A stretch of 64,000 nucleotides of DNA from Atribacterota bacterium (GTDB lineage Bacteria; Atribacterota; Phoenicimicrobiia; Phoenicimicrobiales; Stramentimicrobiaceae): the NCBI GenBank assembly GCA_040767965.1, contig JAXGNR010000008.1:70614-134613 (forward strand), given 5' to 3'. The position numbers and the translations under genes are program-made. Each line of letters begins with the position of its first letter. Positions within the stretch are counted from its first letter, which is position 1. Below, one piece after another: positions 42,075 through 52,920 of the stretch. The notes below the pieces were generated by a model that was not told the origin of the DNA, ran no database searches, and worked only from the letters and a program-made list of their open reading frames with translations.

Positions 42075-42106
42075 GAGCCCCTAGATTATAATATTGAGGG
42101 GCTTTT
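42075..42106 (+). terminator. Intrinsic terminator
   Basis: gagcccct...aggggctttt. Confidence 0.65.
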
Positions 42107-42299
42107 CAATTATTTTAAAAGGAATACTATTTTAATGAAAAAAATTCTCTTTTATAAATTTTAGATATATAATATAGGTGAAAATGTAATTCTACCTTCA
42201 ATCCCCATAGAAAAACCAGGAAGTGGCTTTTGAAAAAGAAGAGGTGAAAGGCTTATTTTATTTTTTCGTTTCATTTTTTAGAAAAAGAGGTATCTTTAA

Positions 42300-43379
42300 A
42301 TGAAAAGATGTCTTTCTGAAACGACAAATTTCTTCATGTTATTTATAACTATTATTTCTCTTTTATTATCCTTGTCTTCCTGTAGTGTGGTTACCCCTAC
42401 TGTATATACTATTACTGCTACAGCCGGTGTGGGTGGAAATATAAGTCCTTCGGGAAATATTATAGTAAATGAAGGAGACAGTTATACCTTCACTATTATT
42501 CCGGATACCTGTTATTATGCAGGCAATCTAATGATAGATGGTTCACCAGTATTGCCAATAGTGAGTGGTTCCATTGATTTTATTTTTTCTGATATCCAGG
42601 AAAACCATACAATTCAAGCAAATTTTTATTCCACAGGAACAGGGGTTCATAATATAACCACAGGGAGTGTTTACATGAGTATCCAGGCCGCCATTGATGA
42701 TGCCATAGATGAAGATATAATTGTTGTCTGTCCGGGGACCTACTACGAAAACATTATATTGCATGATAAAAATATCACGCTACAAAGTATTGATCCTTTC
42801 AATCCTAGCACTGTGGAGGCTACAATTATTCGGGCTACTTCCAGCGACTCAGTAATTAAATTCAGTGGTGGGGACACCTCAACACTAGAAGGGTTTAAGA
42901 TTACCAACGGAAATCCAATATATTATGGTGGCGGAATAAATATATTAAGCAGTTCTCCTTCAATCTTAAACAATATTATTGTTAATAATCATGCAGCATA
43001 TGGCGGAGGTATTTATGTGAGTTGGTATAGTTCACCTATTATACAGAAAAATACAATTACTGGAAACGAAGTAAATAACAGCGGAGGAGGAATCTGTGTA
43101 GTTATTAGTTCCGCTATTATCAAGGATAATATTATTAATGGTAATTATGCTGCAGAAAATGGTGGTGGGATTTATGTAGCTGCAGATAGTAATATTTTTC
43201 CTGCCAGTCCCCGTTTATCAGGCTGGGGAGCTGGAAGAGAGAATATTCCTGAAGTTGTTATGACCACACTTCTTCCAACAGAAGATTCAGAATATACTAT
43301 TGCCGGTAATAAATTCTTGGGGAATAAACATGGGGATCCTCTAAATTATACTGAAGGAGCACATGTCTATTTTCAATGA
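42300..43379 (+). CDS. Lipoprotein with InlB-B-like repeat and right-handed beta-helix (pectin-lyase-like) domain
   Basis: Lipobox LSSC; YTITATAG.GG.ISP; SIQAAID..V.PGTY.ENI; repeated N.A..GGGI. Confidence 0.8.
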   Translation: MKRCLSETTNFFMLFITIISLLLSLSSCSVVTPTVYTITATAGVGGNISPSGNIIVNEGDSYTFTIIPDTCYYAGNLMIDGSPVLPIVSGSIDFIFSDIQENHTIQANFYSTGTGVHNITTGSVYMSIQAAIDDAIDEDIIVVCPGTYYENIILHDKNITLQSIDPFNPSTVEATIIRATSSDSVIKFSGGDTSTLEGFKITNGNPIYYGGGINILSSSPSILNNIIVNNHAAYGGGIYVSWYSSPIIQKNTITGNEVNNSGGGICVVISSAIIKDNIINGNYAAENGGGIYVAADSNIFPASPRLSGWGAGRENIPEVVMTTLLPTEDSEYTIAGNKFLGNKHGDPLNYTEGAHVYFQ

Positions 43380-43457
43380 ATTTATTTATATCATACAAAG
43401 TTAATTATTTTGCAGATATTAATCTTTTTATATTAAAGAATAATAGGAGATTATAAA

Positions 43458-43991
43458 ATGAAACCAAGAGGGCTATTAATGATGGAACATCGTATCATCG
43501 AAAAGATGATTAGTATCATAGATAAGGAAATCAAATTTTTGGACTCTGGCGGCAGACTTGATAGTCGATTTATTGACACAGCAGTTGATTTTATTAGGAC
43601 TTATGCTGACAGGACTCATCATGGGAAGGAAGAGGATATCTTGTTTAGGGATTGTTCCAATAAATCTATGACAGAACAGGATAGTAAAATGATGAATGAA
43701 CTGGTTGAAGAACATAAATATGCCAGGAAAACTGTTAAAGCACTCATAGAGGCAAAAGAAAAGTACGAAGAAGGTGACGAGTCTCAAAAACCAATCATTA
43801 TTGCTCATCTGAAAGTCCTGGTTAATTTTTATCCTGTTCACATCCAAAAGGAAGATGAGATTTTTTTCCCGGACACAGAAAGATATTTTTCCATTAATGA
43901 GTTAAATCAGATGCTGGATGAGTTTTTTCGCTTTGACCAGAAGATGATTCATGAAAAATATCTATCAGTAGTACAAAAATATGCGAAATAA
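43458..43991 (+). CDS. Hemerythrin domain protein
   Basis: EH, HHGKEE..LF, EEH, HIQKED..FFP. Confidence 0.88.
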   Translation: MKPRGLLMMEHRIIEKMISIIDKEIKFLDSGGRLDSRFIDTAVDFIRTYADRTHHGKEEDILFRDCSNKSMTEQDSKMMNELVEEHKYARKTVKALIEAKEKYEEGDESQKPIIIAHLKVLVNFYPVHIQKEDEIFFPDTERYFSINELNQMLDEFFRFDQKMIHEKYLSVVQKYAK

Positions 43992-44322
43992 GTATAGTAA
44001 AAAGAAACAGGGCAAAAATTAATTTAATCAAAGAAATTTTTCTTTACAATTTATCTCATTAATCACTCCTGCTGTGATTTCTGCAATTGAGCTGGTAACT
44101 TCATACAAAAAGCGAATAAGGTTGTTTATTATCTTAGCTTCTCGTAAGTTAAACCATGAGTGAGAGAGAAAGTGCCCTTGTAGAAGAAATGTAGTAGATT
44201 GTTCCCTGAGGTAAACAGAGATGCGTGTTTTAGGTTTTATGAATTTGTAGTTTGATTAATGTATTTTCATTCTGTTATAATCAGTCAATAAGAATATTCC
44301 TAAGGCCGAACAGGAGGCAAGA

Positions 44323-45168
44323 ATGGCAAAAAGAAAAATAGTTAAAATAGATCAGGAAAAATGCACCGGTTGTGGTCTTTGCATTCCTGCTTGTCCGGAA
44401 GGTGCGCTACAAATTATTGATGGGAAAGCAAGACTGATAAGTGATTTATTTTGTGATGGTTTAGGTGCTTGTCTGGGTCCTTGCCCGGAAGGTGCAATCA
44501 GTATTGAAGAAAGAGAAGCAGAACCATATGATGAGTCCAGGATAATGGAAAATATTGTAAAACAGGGAGAAAATACTATTAAAGCACACCTGAAGCACTT
44601 GCAGGAGCATAATCAAAAAGAATTCTTGCAACAGGCAATTGCTTTTCTAAAGAAAAGAAATATAGAAATACCCATTCTTGAAGAAGAGAAAATAGTGGAA
44701 GATAAAGAAATAAAAGGTTGCCCTGGTATAGTTATGCAAAATATCAAAAAAACAGAAAATCAATCAAATGAAGAAGGAAAACGAAAATCTTATCTGACAC
44801 ACTGGCCTATACAGCTACATCTTATTTCACCCACAGCACCTCACTATAAAAAAGCAGATGTTCTTTTATGTGCTGACTGTGTAGCATATACAGCGGGAGA
44901 TTTTCATAAAGATTACCTGCAGGGGAAACCTTTAGCTATAGCTTGTCCCAAATTGGATCAGGGCAGAGAAATATATCTGGAAAAGATACAATCCTGGATA
45001 GATGATGCCAGGATTAATACTCTTACAGTGTTAATTATGCAGGTACCATGTTGTAGAGGTCTTTTACTTTTAGCAAAAGAAGCCGCAAATAAAGCTAAAC
45101 GAAAAATTCCCATTAAAGTAATTGTTATAGATATTAAAGGGGATATATTATCAGAGGAATGGATTTAA
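44323..45168 (+). CDS. 4Fe-4S ferredoxin-domain protein
   Basis: CTGCGLCIPACP, CDGLGACLGPCP, WPIQL, ADC, ACPKLD, VPCC. Confidence 0.88.
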   Translation: MAKRKIVKIDQEKCTGCGLCIPACPEGALQIIDGKARLISDLFCDGLGACLGPCPEGAISIEEREAEPYDESRIMENIVKQGENTIKAHLKHLQEHNQKEFLQQAIAFLKKRNIEIPILEEEKIVEDKEIKGCPGIVMQNIKKTENQSNEEGKRKSYLTHWPIQLHLISPTAPHYKKADVLLCADCVAYTAGDFHKDYLQGKPLAIACPKLDQGREIYLEKIQSWIDDARINTLTVLIMQVPCCRGLLLLAKEAANKAKRKIPIKVIVIDIKGDILSEEWI

Positions 45169-45294
45169 TTTTAATTACAATACACCACAGCAGTATTTCA
45201 TGTTGTGATTTTGAATCTAACTGGAAATACTGTTATTTTATATTTTGAAAAGTTTTTGTGTTTAATAAATATTGTTTGAAATGAGGTAAAGTAA

Positions 45295-45666
45295 ATGGTA
45301 ATGAGATTCCAGAAAAGATTGTTGTTATTTATATTATTTGGTGTGCTTGTATTGGTTGTTAACGGGTGTACTCCTGAAAATTTAGGGCAAACACAGACTG
45401 CCACAGTGTATCTTCAGATTCTTAATCCAAATGGACAAATTTATAGTATTTCTATGTATAACGAAGATTCAGGAGAATACAAAAATATTAAGGAGAAAAC
45501 TGACAGAGATGGCTTTTTAGTTATCACTGATGTAATACCGGGATTTTATAGAATTTCTGCTTATGACCAAATAGTCTTTGGTGAATGGTATGGAATCGAA
45601 TATTATGTAATATTAGAAGATGAAAATTATATTGAGATGACCGTAAAAGAAGACAAGTTTTATTAA
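45295..45666 (+). CDS. Hypothetical lipoprotein (carboxypeptidase-regulatory/Cna-B-like)
   Basis: Lipobox VNGC; TDRDG...PGFYRISA. Confidence 0.65.
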   Translation: MVMRFQKRLLLFILFGVLVLVVNGCTPENLGQTQTATVYLQILNPNGQIYSISMYNEDSGEYKNIKEKTDRDGFLVITDVIPGFYRISAYDQIVFGEWYGIEYYVILEDENYIEMTVKEDKFY

Positions 45667-45864
45667 ATTTGTCAATCAATTTATTGCTTAATAAGGGTAT
45701 ATATTATTGGCATATTTTTCCAAATATGCTTTGATTTTAGAGAAATCAAACTTTTATTTAGTGTTTGATGTCTTGTGAATAATAATTAATATTTACTCAT
45801 AGAATATAATAAAAAAAATTAATGGTTATCCCAGTTTAATATCTGATGAAATTAGAGGATTAAC

Positions 45865-46677
45865 ATGGATATAATTGAACATAACAGACATGCATGGAAT
45901 CTGGAATCTTCACAGGGAAGCCGATGGTCTACGCCGGTTTCCCCGGAAATAATTGAATCTGCCCAGAAGGGTAGATGGGATGTAATCCTTACACCCAACA
46001 AATTTGTACCGCATTCATGGTTTGGCCGCTTAATAGATAAAGATGTTCTGTGTCTGGCTTCAGGGGGAGGACAGCAAGCACCGATATTGGCTGCTGCAGG
46101 GGCAAAGGTAGTCAGTTTTGACCTTTCTGAAGAGCAGCTCAAAAAAGATTGTGATGTTGCAAAGCGTGACAAACTTCAGATACGCTGTGTTCAGGGTGAT
46201 ATGGCAAAGCTCTCTGAATTTGCTGATGAAACTTTCGACTTGATATTCCATCCGATTTCCAATGTCTTTGTCCCTGATGTAACAGCAGTCTGGTCGGAGT
46301 GTTGCCGTGTATTAAAAAACGGCGGAGACTTGCTGGCAGGATTTATGAATCCCTCCTTTTTTCTGTTTGACCATGAAGAAGCAGAAAAGTACGGGAAATT
46401 AATTGTGAAAAGAAAACTACCATTTTCAGAACCTTATGATCTTGACAGCAGCCAACAAGCTCAATGGGAAGCCAATAAAAATCCAGCACAGTTCAGTCAT
46501 TCATTGGATACCCAGATTGGCGGGCAGATAGCAGCCGGGTTTGCTATAATTGGGTTTTATGAAGATTCATGGTCTGATGAAGCTACAATGCTTAACCAGT
46601 TTTCGCCAACTTCTATCGCAACTCGTGCAAGAAAATTTTTAAAAAATAAAGATAACTTTGATTTAAATAACCCATAA
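45865..46677 (+). CDS. Class I SAM-dependent methyltransferase
   Basis: VLCLASGGGQ, FDLS, QGDM, RVLKNGG. Confidence 0.88.
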   Translation: MDIIEHNRHAWNLESSQGSRWSTPVSPEIIESAQKGRWDVILTPNKFVPHSWFGRLIDKDVLCLASGGGQQAPILAAAGAKVVSFDLSEEQLKKDCDVAKRDKLQIRCVQGDMAKLSEFADETFDLIFHPISNVFVPDVTAVWSECCRVLKNGGDLLAGFMNPSFFLFDHEEAEKYGKLIVKRKLPFSEPYDLDSSQQAQWEANKNPAQFSHSLDTQIGGQIAAGFAIIGFYEDSWSDEATMLNQFSPTSIATRARKFLKNKDNFDLNNP

Positions 46678-46845
46678 ACTCTCATAGCAAGAAATTGGTC
46701 AAAATATATATCATTAATCAGAGTGTTTACTGGTTTAAGATTGGGTTGTCCATTTCAATTCTATCCTTATATCTCAGGTTTTTATTTTGCGATAATTTAG
46801 AAAATGATTGATTAAGAATCAGAATTTTGAATCGGAGTAATTCAT

Positions 46846-47556
46846 TTGATTAAAATTGATAAATTGAAATATACAAAGAAACTTATTGGTTCCTGGAGTG
46901 GAGGAAAAGATAGTTGCTTTGCTTGTTACAAAGCAATGAAAAGAGGTTATAGAGTAGACTATTTCTTGAATTTAATTTCTAAAAAATACCAGAGATGTTG
47001 TTTTCACGGTGTTCAAAAAGAACTCATTGATTTGCAAGCTAAAATGATTGGTATTCCTCTCTTTCAGAAGCAAGTTAGCGATGATATGGATTTTTATGAA
47101 AAAGAATTTAAAGAGGCAGTAACTTACCTTAAATCCAAAGGAATAGATGGCATGGTTTTTGGTGATATTTATTTAACTGAGCATAAAAATTGGGTTGAAA
47201 GAGTATGCAAAGAAATAGGAGTGAAGGCAATAGAACCCCTGTGGCAAATAAAGCCGGAAGAGGTTGTTGAAGAATTTATATCTTTAGGATTTAAAGCAGT
47301 AGTGGTTAGTGCCAGGGCAGATTTGTTTAGTAAGGATATCATTGGTAGATTAGTCGATCAAAAATTTATAGATGAACTTAAACAAAGGAATCTTTGTACT
47401 TGTGGTGAGAATGGTGAATTTCATACCTTTGTTATTGGTGGGCCTATCTTTAAAAATGGGCAGATAGAAATAAGGAAGAGCCAGGTGATTCTAAAAGAAA
47501 GTTTCTGGCAACATTGGTTTTTAGATATTCAGGATTATCGGGTTATTCCTGAATAA
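46846..47556 (+). CDS. Diphthine-ammonia-ligase-like PP-loop ATPase
   Basis: SWSGGKDS, FGDI, EPLW, CGENGEFHT. Confidence 0.88.
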   Translation: MIKIDKLKYTKKLIGSWSGGKDSCFACYKAMKRGYRVDYFLNLISKKYQRCCFHGVQKELIDLQAKMIGIPLFQKQVSDDMDFYEKEFKEAVTYLKSKGIDGMVFGDIYLTEHKNWVERVCKEIGVKAIEPLWQIKPEEVVEEFISLGFKAVVVSARADLFSKDIIGRLVDQKFIDELKQRNLCTCGENGEFHTFVIGGPIFKNGQIEIRKSQVILKESFWQHWFLDIQDYRVIPE

Positions 47557-47592
47557 ACAGATTATAGTATTTTAATTAATAAGGATAAATAA

Positions 47593-48468
47593 ATGAAAAA
47601 CAGTAAAATTATTACAGGCCTCGTTTTATTGATTACTATTTTCTCAGCCATTGCTACTTTTATTGGTATTACCTCAAATGCCGGCCCCGGTGAATATGAT
47701 TACATGTCTATTCGAGGTGAAAATGTAACCATTTACGGGAGAGGCCTCTATCAGCATATGTCTGCAGATGTAGCAATTCAGGGCATTGCACAGGACTATG
47801 TTACTTTATTTATCGGTATACCTTTGTTGCTTTTTGCCTTATTTCTTTTTAGAAAGAATAATATTAAAGGACTGTTCTTATTATCAGGAATATTAATGTA
47901 CTTCTTGGTTACTTATTTATTTTATACTGCAATGGGAATGTATAATATCATGTTTTTGGTCTATCTGGTCTTATTGTGTTTCTCATTCTTTGCTTTCGTA
48001 CTGAGCTTATTTTGTTATAACATCACTGAAATCAAGCCAATGTTCAGTTCAGAGAAATTTATCCGTTATTCAGGACTATTCCTGGTGATAAATAGTGTAA
48101 TGGTAGCCATATTATGGCTTGGTATTGTTATCCCCCCACTATTAGATGGATCAATTTACCCAAAAGAGCTTCAGCATTATACTACCCTAATAGTGCAGGG
48201 ATTCGATTTGGGCTTGTTACTGCCCATCGGTATTGTTTCAGGGGTTCTTGCACTTAAGAAAAGTGGATATGGTTATTTATTTACCACAATTAATCTTATT
48301 TTTTTATCCATATTAATGGCTGCTTTAACTTCTAAAATACTATTTATGGCTAATGCCGGATACAATGTGATTCCGGTTATCTTTATTATGCCTACAATTT
48401 GTTTAATCTCTGCTTTCTTATCATTTTTTATTCTCAAAAAAATAAATGTGAATCCCGGGAAAATATAA
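47593..48468 (+). CDS. Conserved hypothetical membrane protein
   Basis: About 8 TM helices; YGRGLY, AQD.VTL, QGFDLG. Confidence 0.7.
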   Translation: MKNSKIITGLVLLITIFSAIATFIGITSNAGPGEYDYMSIRGENVTIYGRGLYQHMSADVAIQGIAQDYVTLFIGIPLLLFALFLFRKNNIKGLFLLSGILMYFLVTYLFYTAMGMYNIMFLVYLVLLCFSFFAFVLSLFCYNITEIKPMFSSEKFIRYSGLFLVINSVMVAILWLGIVIPPLLDGSIYPKELQHYTTLIVQGFDLGLLLPIGIVSGVLALKKSGYGYLFTTINLIFLSILMAALTSKILFMANAGYNVIPVIFIMPTICLISAFLSFFILKKINVNPGKI

Positions 48469-48775
48469 TAAAGCCAATAATGGTAAATCAATTCCTTATA
48501 AGAAAATAAACTATTTTAGGTAGGAAAGTTAAATATTTTATTGGCAAAAAATTCTATTGAATACTATAAAAATAATATAAACTTATAATCTAAGAGGAAT
48601 TTAGCCAGAAGATTAAGATATAATATTATGATTTCAAAGTGCTACGATAAAAAAAGATTATATTAGAAAAAAGCCCCAACTTTTTTGTTAAGGGAAATAT
48701 AGAATTTATAAAAATTTTAATAAAATATGCTTTAGAAAAGTATAAATTAATAAAAAGATAAGGAGCAAAATTTAA

Positions 48776-49600
48776 ATGTATTATTCTCATGACATTAAAG
48801 ATAACTTAAGAAAATTATTTTATTTATTATTTTTATCAATAATGTTTTTGATGCTCACTTCCTGCAGTATAATTCCTGGCATAGGATATTTTAATCCCGG
48901 AGACAATTGGGAATTAAAGAAAAGTGAACATTTTAATATTTATTACCGGGCGAATTCTTATGCTGAAGAAAATTTGGATGATATTGTTAAGATCCAGGAG
49001 GAGGCATACCAATATATACTTGAACAATTAAATGTTCAATTCAATGACACAATTTCTATTTATATCTATCCAACACCGGAAGATGCAGGTTGGGATCATG
49101 TTCAGGGTTTAGCTTATAACCGACAAAAAGTTGTATTAGGGGTATATAGCGAAAAAGGAAAATCAATAGGAGTTGAAGGGGCTTCAGCTCATGAAATAAC
49201 TCATGTCATTGCCTGGAATGCAATAGGAAAACCTGGTACCACATTTTTAAATGAAGGATTAGCAGTTACAATGGATGGAGTGTGGCATGCTGTATCTGAT
49301 CCGATTATAAATTTACATCAATGGGCTAAAAAGTTTATGGATGAAGATAAACTGCCCGCGGTCAATGATATGGTTAATAACTGGAATTCATTCAGTGGTT
49401 TAATAAACTATCCGGTAAGTGGTTCTTTTGTATCTTATCTTTTAGATGAATATGGAATAGAAAAATTTAAAGAAATGCTTATAGAGGCAAATAAATATAA
49501 TTTTAATTCAAAATGCCAGGAAATTTACAACAGAGAATTAAATGAATTAGAATTTGATTGGAAAGTGTATATTGATGAGGTAAGCGAGTACTTAGATTAG
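48776..49600 (+). CDS. Zinc metallopeptidase (MA clan) lipoprotein
   Basis: Lipobox LTSC; AHEITH and NEGLA gluzincin motifs. Confidence 0.8.
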   Translation: MYYSHDIKDNLRKLFYLLFLSIMFLMLTSCSIIPGIGYFNPGDNWELKKSEHFNIYYRANSYAEENLDDIVKIQEEAYQYILEQLNVQFNDTISIYIYPTPEDAGWDHVQGLAYNRQKVVLGVYSEKGKSIGVEGASAHEITHVIAWNAIGKPGTTFLNEGLAVTMDGVWHAVSDPIINLHQWAKKFMDEDKLPAVNDMVNNWNSFSGLINYPVSGSFVSYLLDEYGIEKFKEMLIEANKYNFNSKCQEIYNRELNELEFDWKVYIDEVSEYLD

Positions 49601-49965
49601 ATTTACTTGATAATAGTATAAATTTATTAACCAGATTAACTAAATAATTATTCTTATGTCAGGATAAGAATATATGGCTAATGAATAGTAAACGGGTGTC
49701 GTAGACGTTTAAAGGAGATTGATATAAATGATTAAGGTTTCAAGCTTATCCGTAATAGAAAAAAAGTACAAGGGTTTTAAATGGAAAGAAGCCTGCAAAT
49801 GACATGCTTTGAATTTAGTTTATGCATTAATTCTATGGGTTTTTGTAATTATTATTTATTTAAAATACGGGAAAGATTTAAAAAAACAAAGAACTCATTA
49901 ATTTTCTAAATAGCTAGTGTCTAAGGTGGGGGATTTTTCTTTTGTCTAGCTTACTTGTTTGAAAG

Positions 49966-50934
49966 TTAGGGAAAAATGTTGCCTATAAATTTTTTGATCT
50001 CATCTGCAAGTATTTCCGGCTTTTCAGAATGAATATAATGCCCGCTGTCCAGTAATTTATATTTTCCATGAGCTATTTGTGATATATAATCTGTCAATAT
50101 CTCTCTCCAATTAGCATCTGTAACTTCTTTACCATCAGAGATAAAGAAATACATCGGAGTATTGACAGGAATCTTATTCGCTTTTACCTTTTTTGCATTT
50201 TCGGTTAAATAATCAATTTCATTTAACATGTTTTTAGTGTAGGAGCTTTTATAAAATAGAGCTAAAAGCATTTTTTTGTCCTCGGTTGACAAATCTTCTG
50301 ATTTAATCAAAGGAAAAGATTTTTCCAGCTCAGTCTTTGACATATACCTGGACAGCCCAATTCTTGATATGAGGTACATAAAAGATAATTTAATTTTTGG
50401 GGGAATTGCAAGATAGTTTTCAACAAAATCCGGAACAGATGGGTCAATTCCTATTATTGCTTTAATTTCATCTGGATATCTTTGAGCCCAATAAACAGCT
50501 TCCAGTCCAGACATTGAATGGGCAACAAGTATATAAGGCCCTTTTTCTCCGGAAAGCCCTAAAACATTTCTTGTTTCTGCTAGTAGAGCATCTATATCCC
50601 TTGGGCTATCTGATGCTTCACTCCAGCCATAACCAGCCCTTTCAACAATTACTATTTTATAATCATTTTTTAATCTCATCCATAAAGGCTTGAAGTCAAT
50701 AATGGGACAACATGTTCCATGTCCGGCTAAAAACACCAGGGTAATATTACCTTGCCCTATACTATATACATGTAAATTATGGTTATTCACTCTGATCATT
50801 TGGCCTGGAGGTGGATATTTGATATATTCCTGATTTAATTTATTTTTATGATTTTCTGCAGCCGAAAAGAGAAGAAATACCAATATGATTACTATAACTA
50901 ATAATATTAACCCAAAGATTGTTATTACTTTCAT
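49966..50934 (-). CDS. Alpha/beta hydrolase with N-terminal membrane anchor
   Basis: ERAGYGWS, AHSMSG, GHYIH. Confidence 0.87.
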   Translation of the reverse strand: MKVITIFGLILLVIVIILVFLLFSAAENHKNKLNQEYIKYPPPGQMIRVNNHNLHVYSIGQGNITLVFLAGHGTCCPIIDFKPLWMRLKNDYKIVIVERAGYGWSEASDSPRDIDALLAETRNVLGLSGEKGPYILVAHSMSGLEAVYWAQRYPDEIKAIIGIDPSVPDFVENYLAIPPKIKLSFMYLISRIGLSRYMSKTELEKSFPLIKSEDLSTEDKKMLLALFYKSSYTKNMLNEIDYLTENAKKVKANKIPVNTPMYFFISDGKEVTDANWREILTDYISQIAHGKYKLLDSGHYIHSEKPEILADEIKKFIGNIFP

Positions 50935-51272
50935 TTTAACCCCTGTTTTTATAACCCAATTAAATGGAATTATATAACAAAAATATAATAATTGAAAATA
51001 ACAGCCAGATTCTACTATTGAAATAAGTAGAAGAAATTTGATAAGTATTTTTTAATATTGAGCTATGAACCACCAGAAAATTATCAGAAAAGGAAAACAA
51101 ATAAATGGGATTTGGTTTATGGATTTCCCATGTAAATGGCAGATAGGTAAAAAGTTAATTATTAATATGTTAAACCACATGGTATAATTTTTACTATATT
51201 AACCTATCAAGTTTAATATCCAGGATAAAATTTAATAAAAATTCATGAACATAAGAAAGCTGAAAATAGAAA

Positions 51273-52297
51273 ATGAAAAAACATCAGATAAATAATTTGA
51301 CAAAACAGGAACTGGTTTCAGAATTAGAAATACTTCTATTAGAATATAATGCACTGAAAGAAAGTGCCAAAGCAATTCTCATTCAGCAGGATTTTGAAAA
51401 ATCTGCCCGGGAAATATTTTCTTTTTGTAAAAAAGTTACCGGAGCCACTGGATATGTTGCTTTACCGAATGAGGATGGTTCGGAAAATGAAGTATTATTT
51501 CTTGATTCAGAGGACTCCTCCTGTATTGCTGATGAAAACTTACCAATGCCAATCAGAGGGTTAAGGGAAACTGCTTATCGTTCTCTGAAAGGTGTTTATG
51601 ATAATAATTTTGCAGATAGCCATTGGGTCAAATATTTACCACGGAAGGTCATATGCGGATGGAAAATGTATCGTTTGCGCCCCTTATTGTGGAAAATAAA
51701 GCTATTGGCCTGATTGGTCTGGCAAACAAGGAAGGTGGTTTCACTCAAAGGGATTTAGATTTCATCTCTTCTATGGGAGATATTGCAGCAGTTGCCCTGA
51801 GAAATAGCAGAAATTTAGAATCAGTTAAATACTTGAGTTTCCATGATCAGCTGACTGGCCTATATAATCGCCATTATTTTGTGAATGAGCTAAAGCGTCT
51901 GGAAGATTCACGTCATTACCCTATTGCTATTATTTCAGCAGACATGGACGGATTAAAAGAAATTAATGATTCCCAAGGTCATACACAAGGTGATCGCTAT
52001 TTGCAGGATTGTGCTGCAGTTTTAAAGAAATCAATTCGGGGATATGACTTAATTGCCAGGATTGGTGGAGATGAATTTGTGCTGGTATTGCCTGAGACGA
52101 ATAAAAATACTGGCGAAGAGGCTATTTCCAGAATTAACAATGCTATTAGTGAGCATAATGAGAAAAATAAAGATTTACCATTAAGCATTTCCATGGGAGT
52201 TGCTATTTGCGAGGAAAAGGGCTGTTCTCTGGAAGAAACCTATCATCAGGCTGACCGTCTTATGTATCAAAATAAACTGAAACGAAAAAAATTATAA
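51273..52297 (+). pseudogene. GAF-GGDEF diguanylate cyclase, frameshifted near 51640
   Basis: The GAF domain runs from ORF 51273-51713 into ORF 51623-52297 (HDQLTGLYNR, D.DGLK.IND..GH..GD, RIGGDEF). Confidence 0.8.
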
Positions 52298-52398
52298 TAC
52301 TTAAAATTATTACAATTTTCAAATAATAAAGAATCTGATTAGACTTAATGGTTATATATTTTATAAGATAGAAAATATTATTTAAGGAGTAAGAGATA

Positions 52399-52521
52399 AT
52401 GGAATATATTGGTTTGTTGGCACCAATTGCTTTTGTTTTTGCTCTGGCAGCACTTGCCCAGATTGGGTCATTGAAGAAAGAAATAGAAAAACTAAAAGAA
52501 GAACTCAAATCAGAAAAATAA
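52399..52521 (+). CDS. 40-aa small membrane protein (TM helix plus coiled coil), not in the ORF track
   Basis: AAGGAG RBS; MEYIGLLAPIAFVFALAALAQIGSLKKEIEKLKEELKSEK*. Confidence 0.65.
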   Translation: MEYIGLLAPIAFVFALAALAQIGSLKKEIEKLKEELKSEK

Positions 52522-52920
52522 TTTTTGTGAAAATCATTCGGCCTGAAAATTCAGCTTTTTCAGCTTTGCATCATCGAACTGATACATTTTTTTCTTTATA
52601 TATTCTTCTTTTCATTTCTCTTTTTTCTTCTATAATGATTTTAATTAATCTTTACAGTTCTTTTTGATAATATTTCATTTTATTAATTTATTGCTATAGG
52701 AATTAATGTCATATTAACAAGAAATTATTATTATCCCACATTAGTTTGAGGTACGATACGAAATACATTGTACTAAAGAAAATTTTTAGCTTCAGTTTGA
52801 ACAAATCAGAGAGATTTTGCTTATGTCTAAAAAGCTTTAGACTAATATGTTAAACCGAATAAAATAATAGAACACATTATTAATATATTTATATATAAAT
52901 AAAAATATAAAGGAGTTTCT

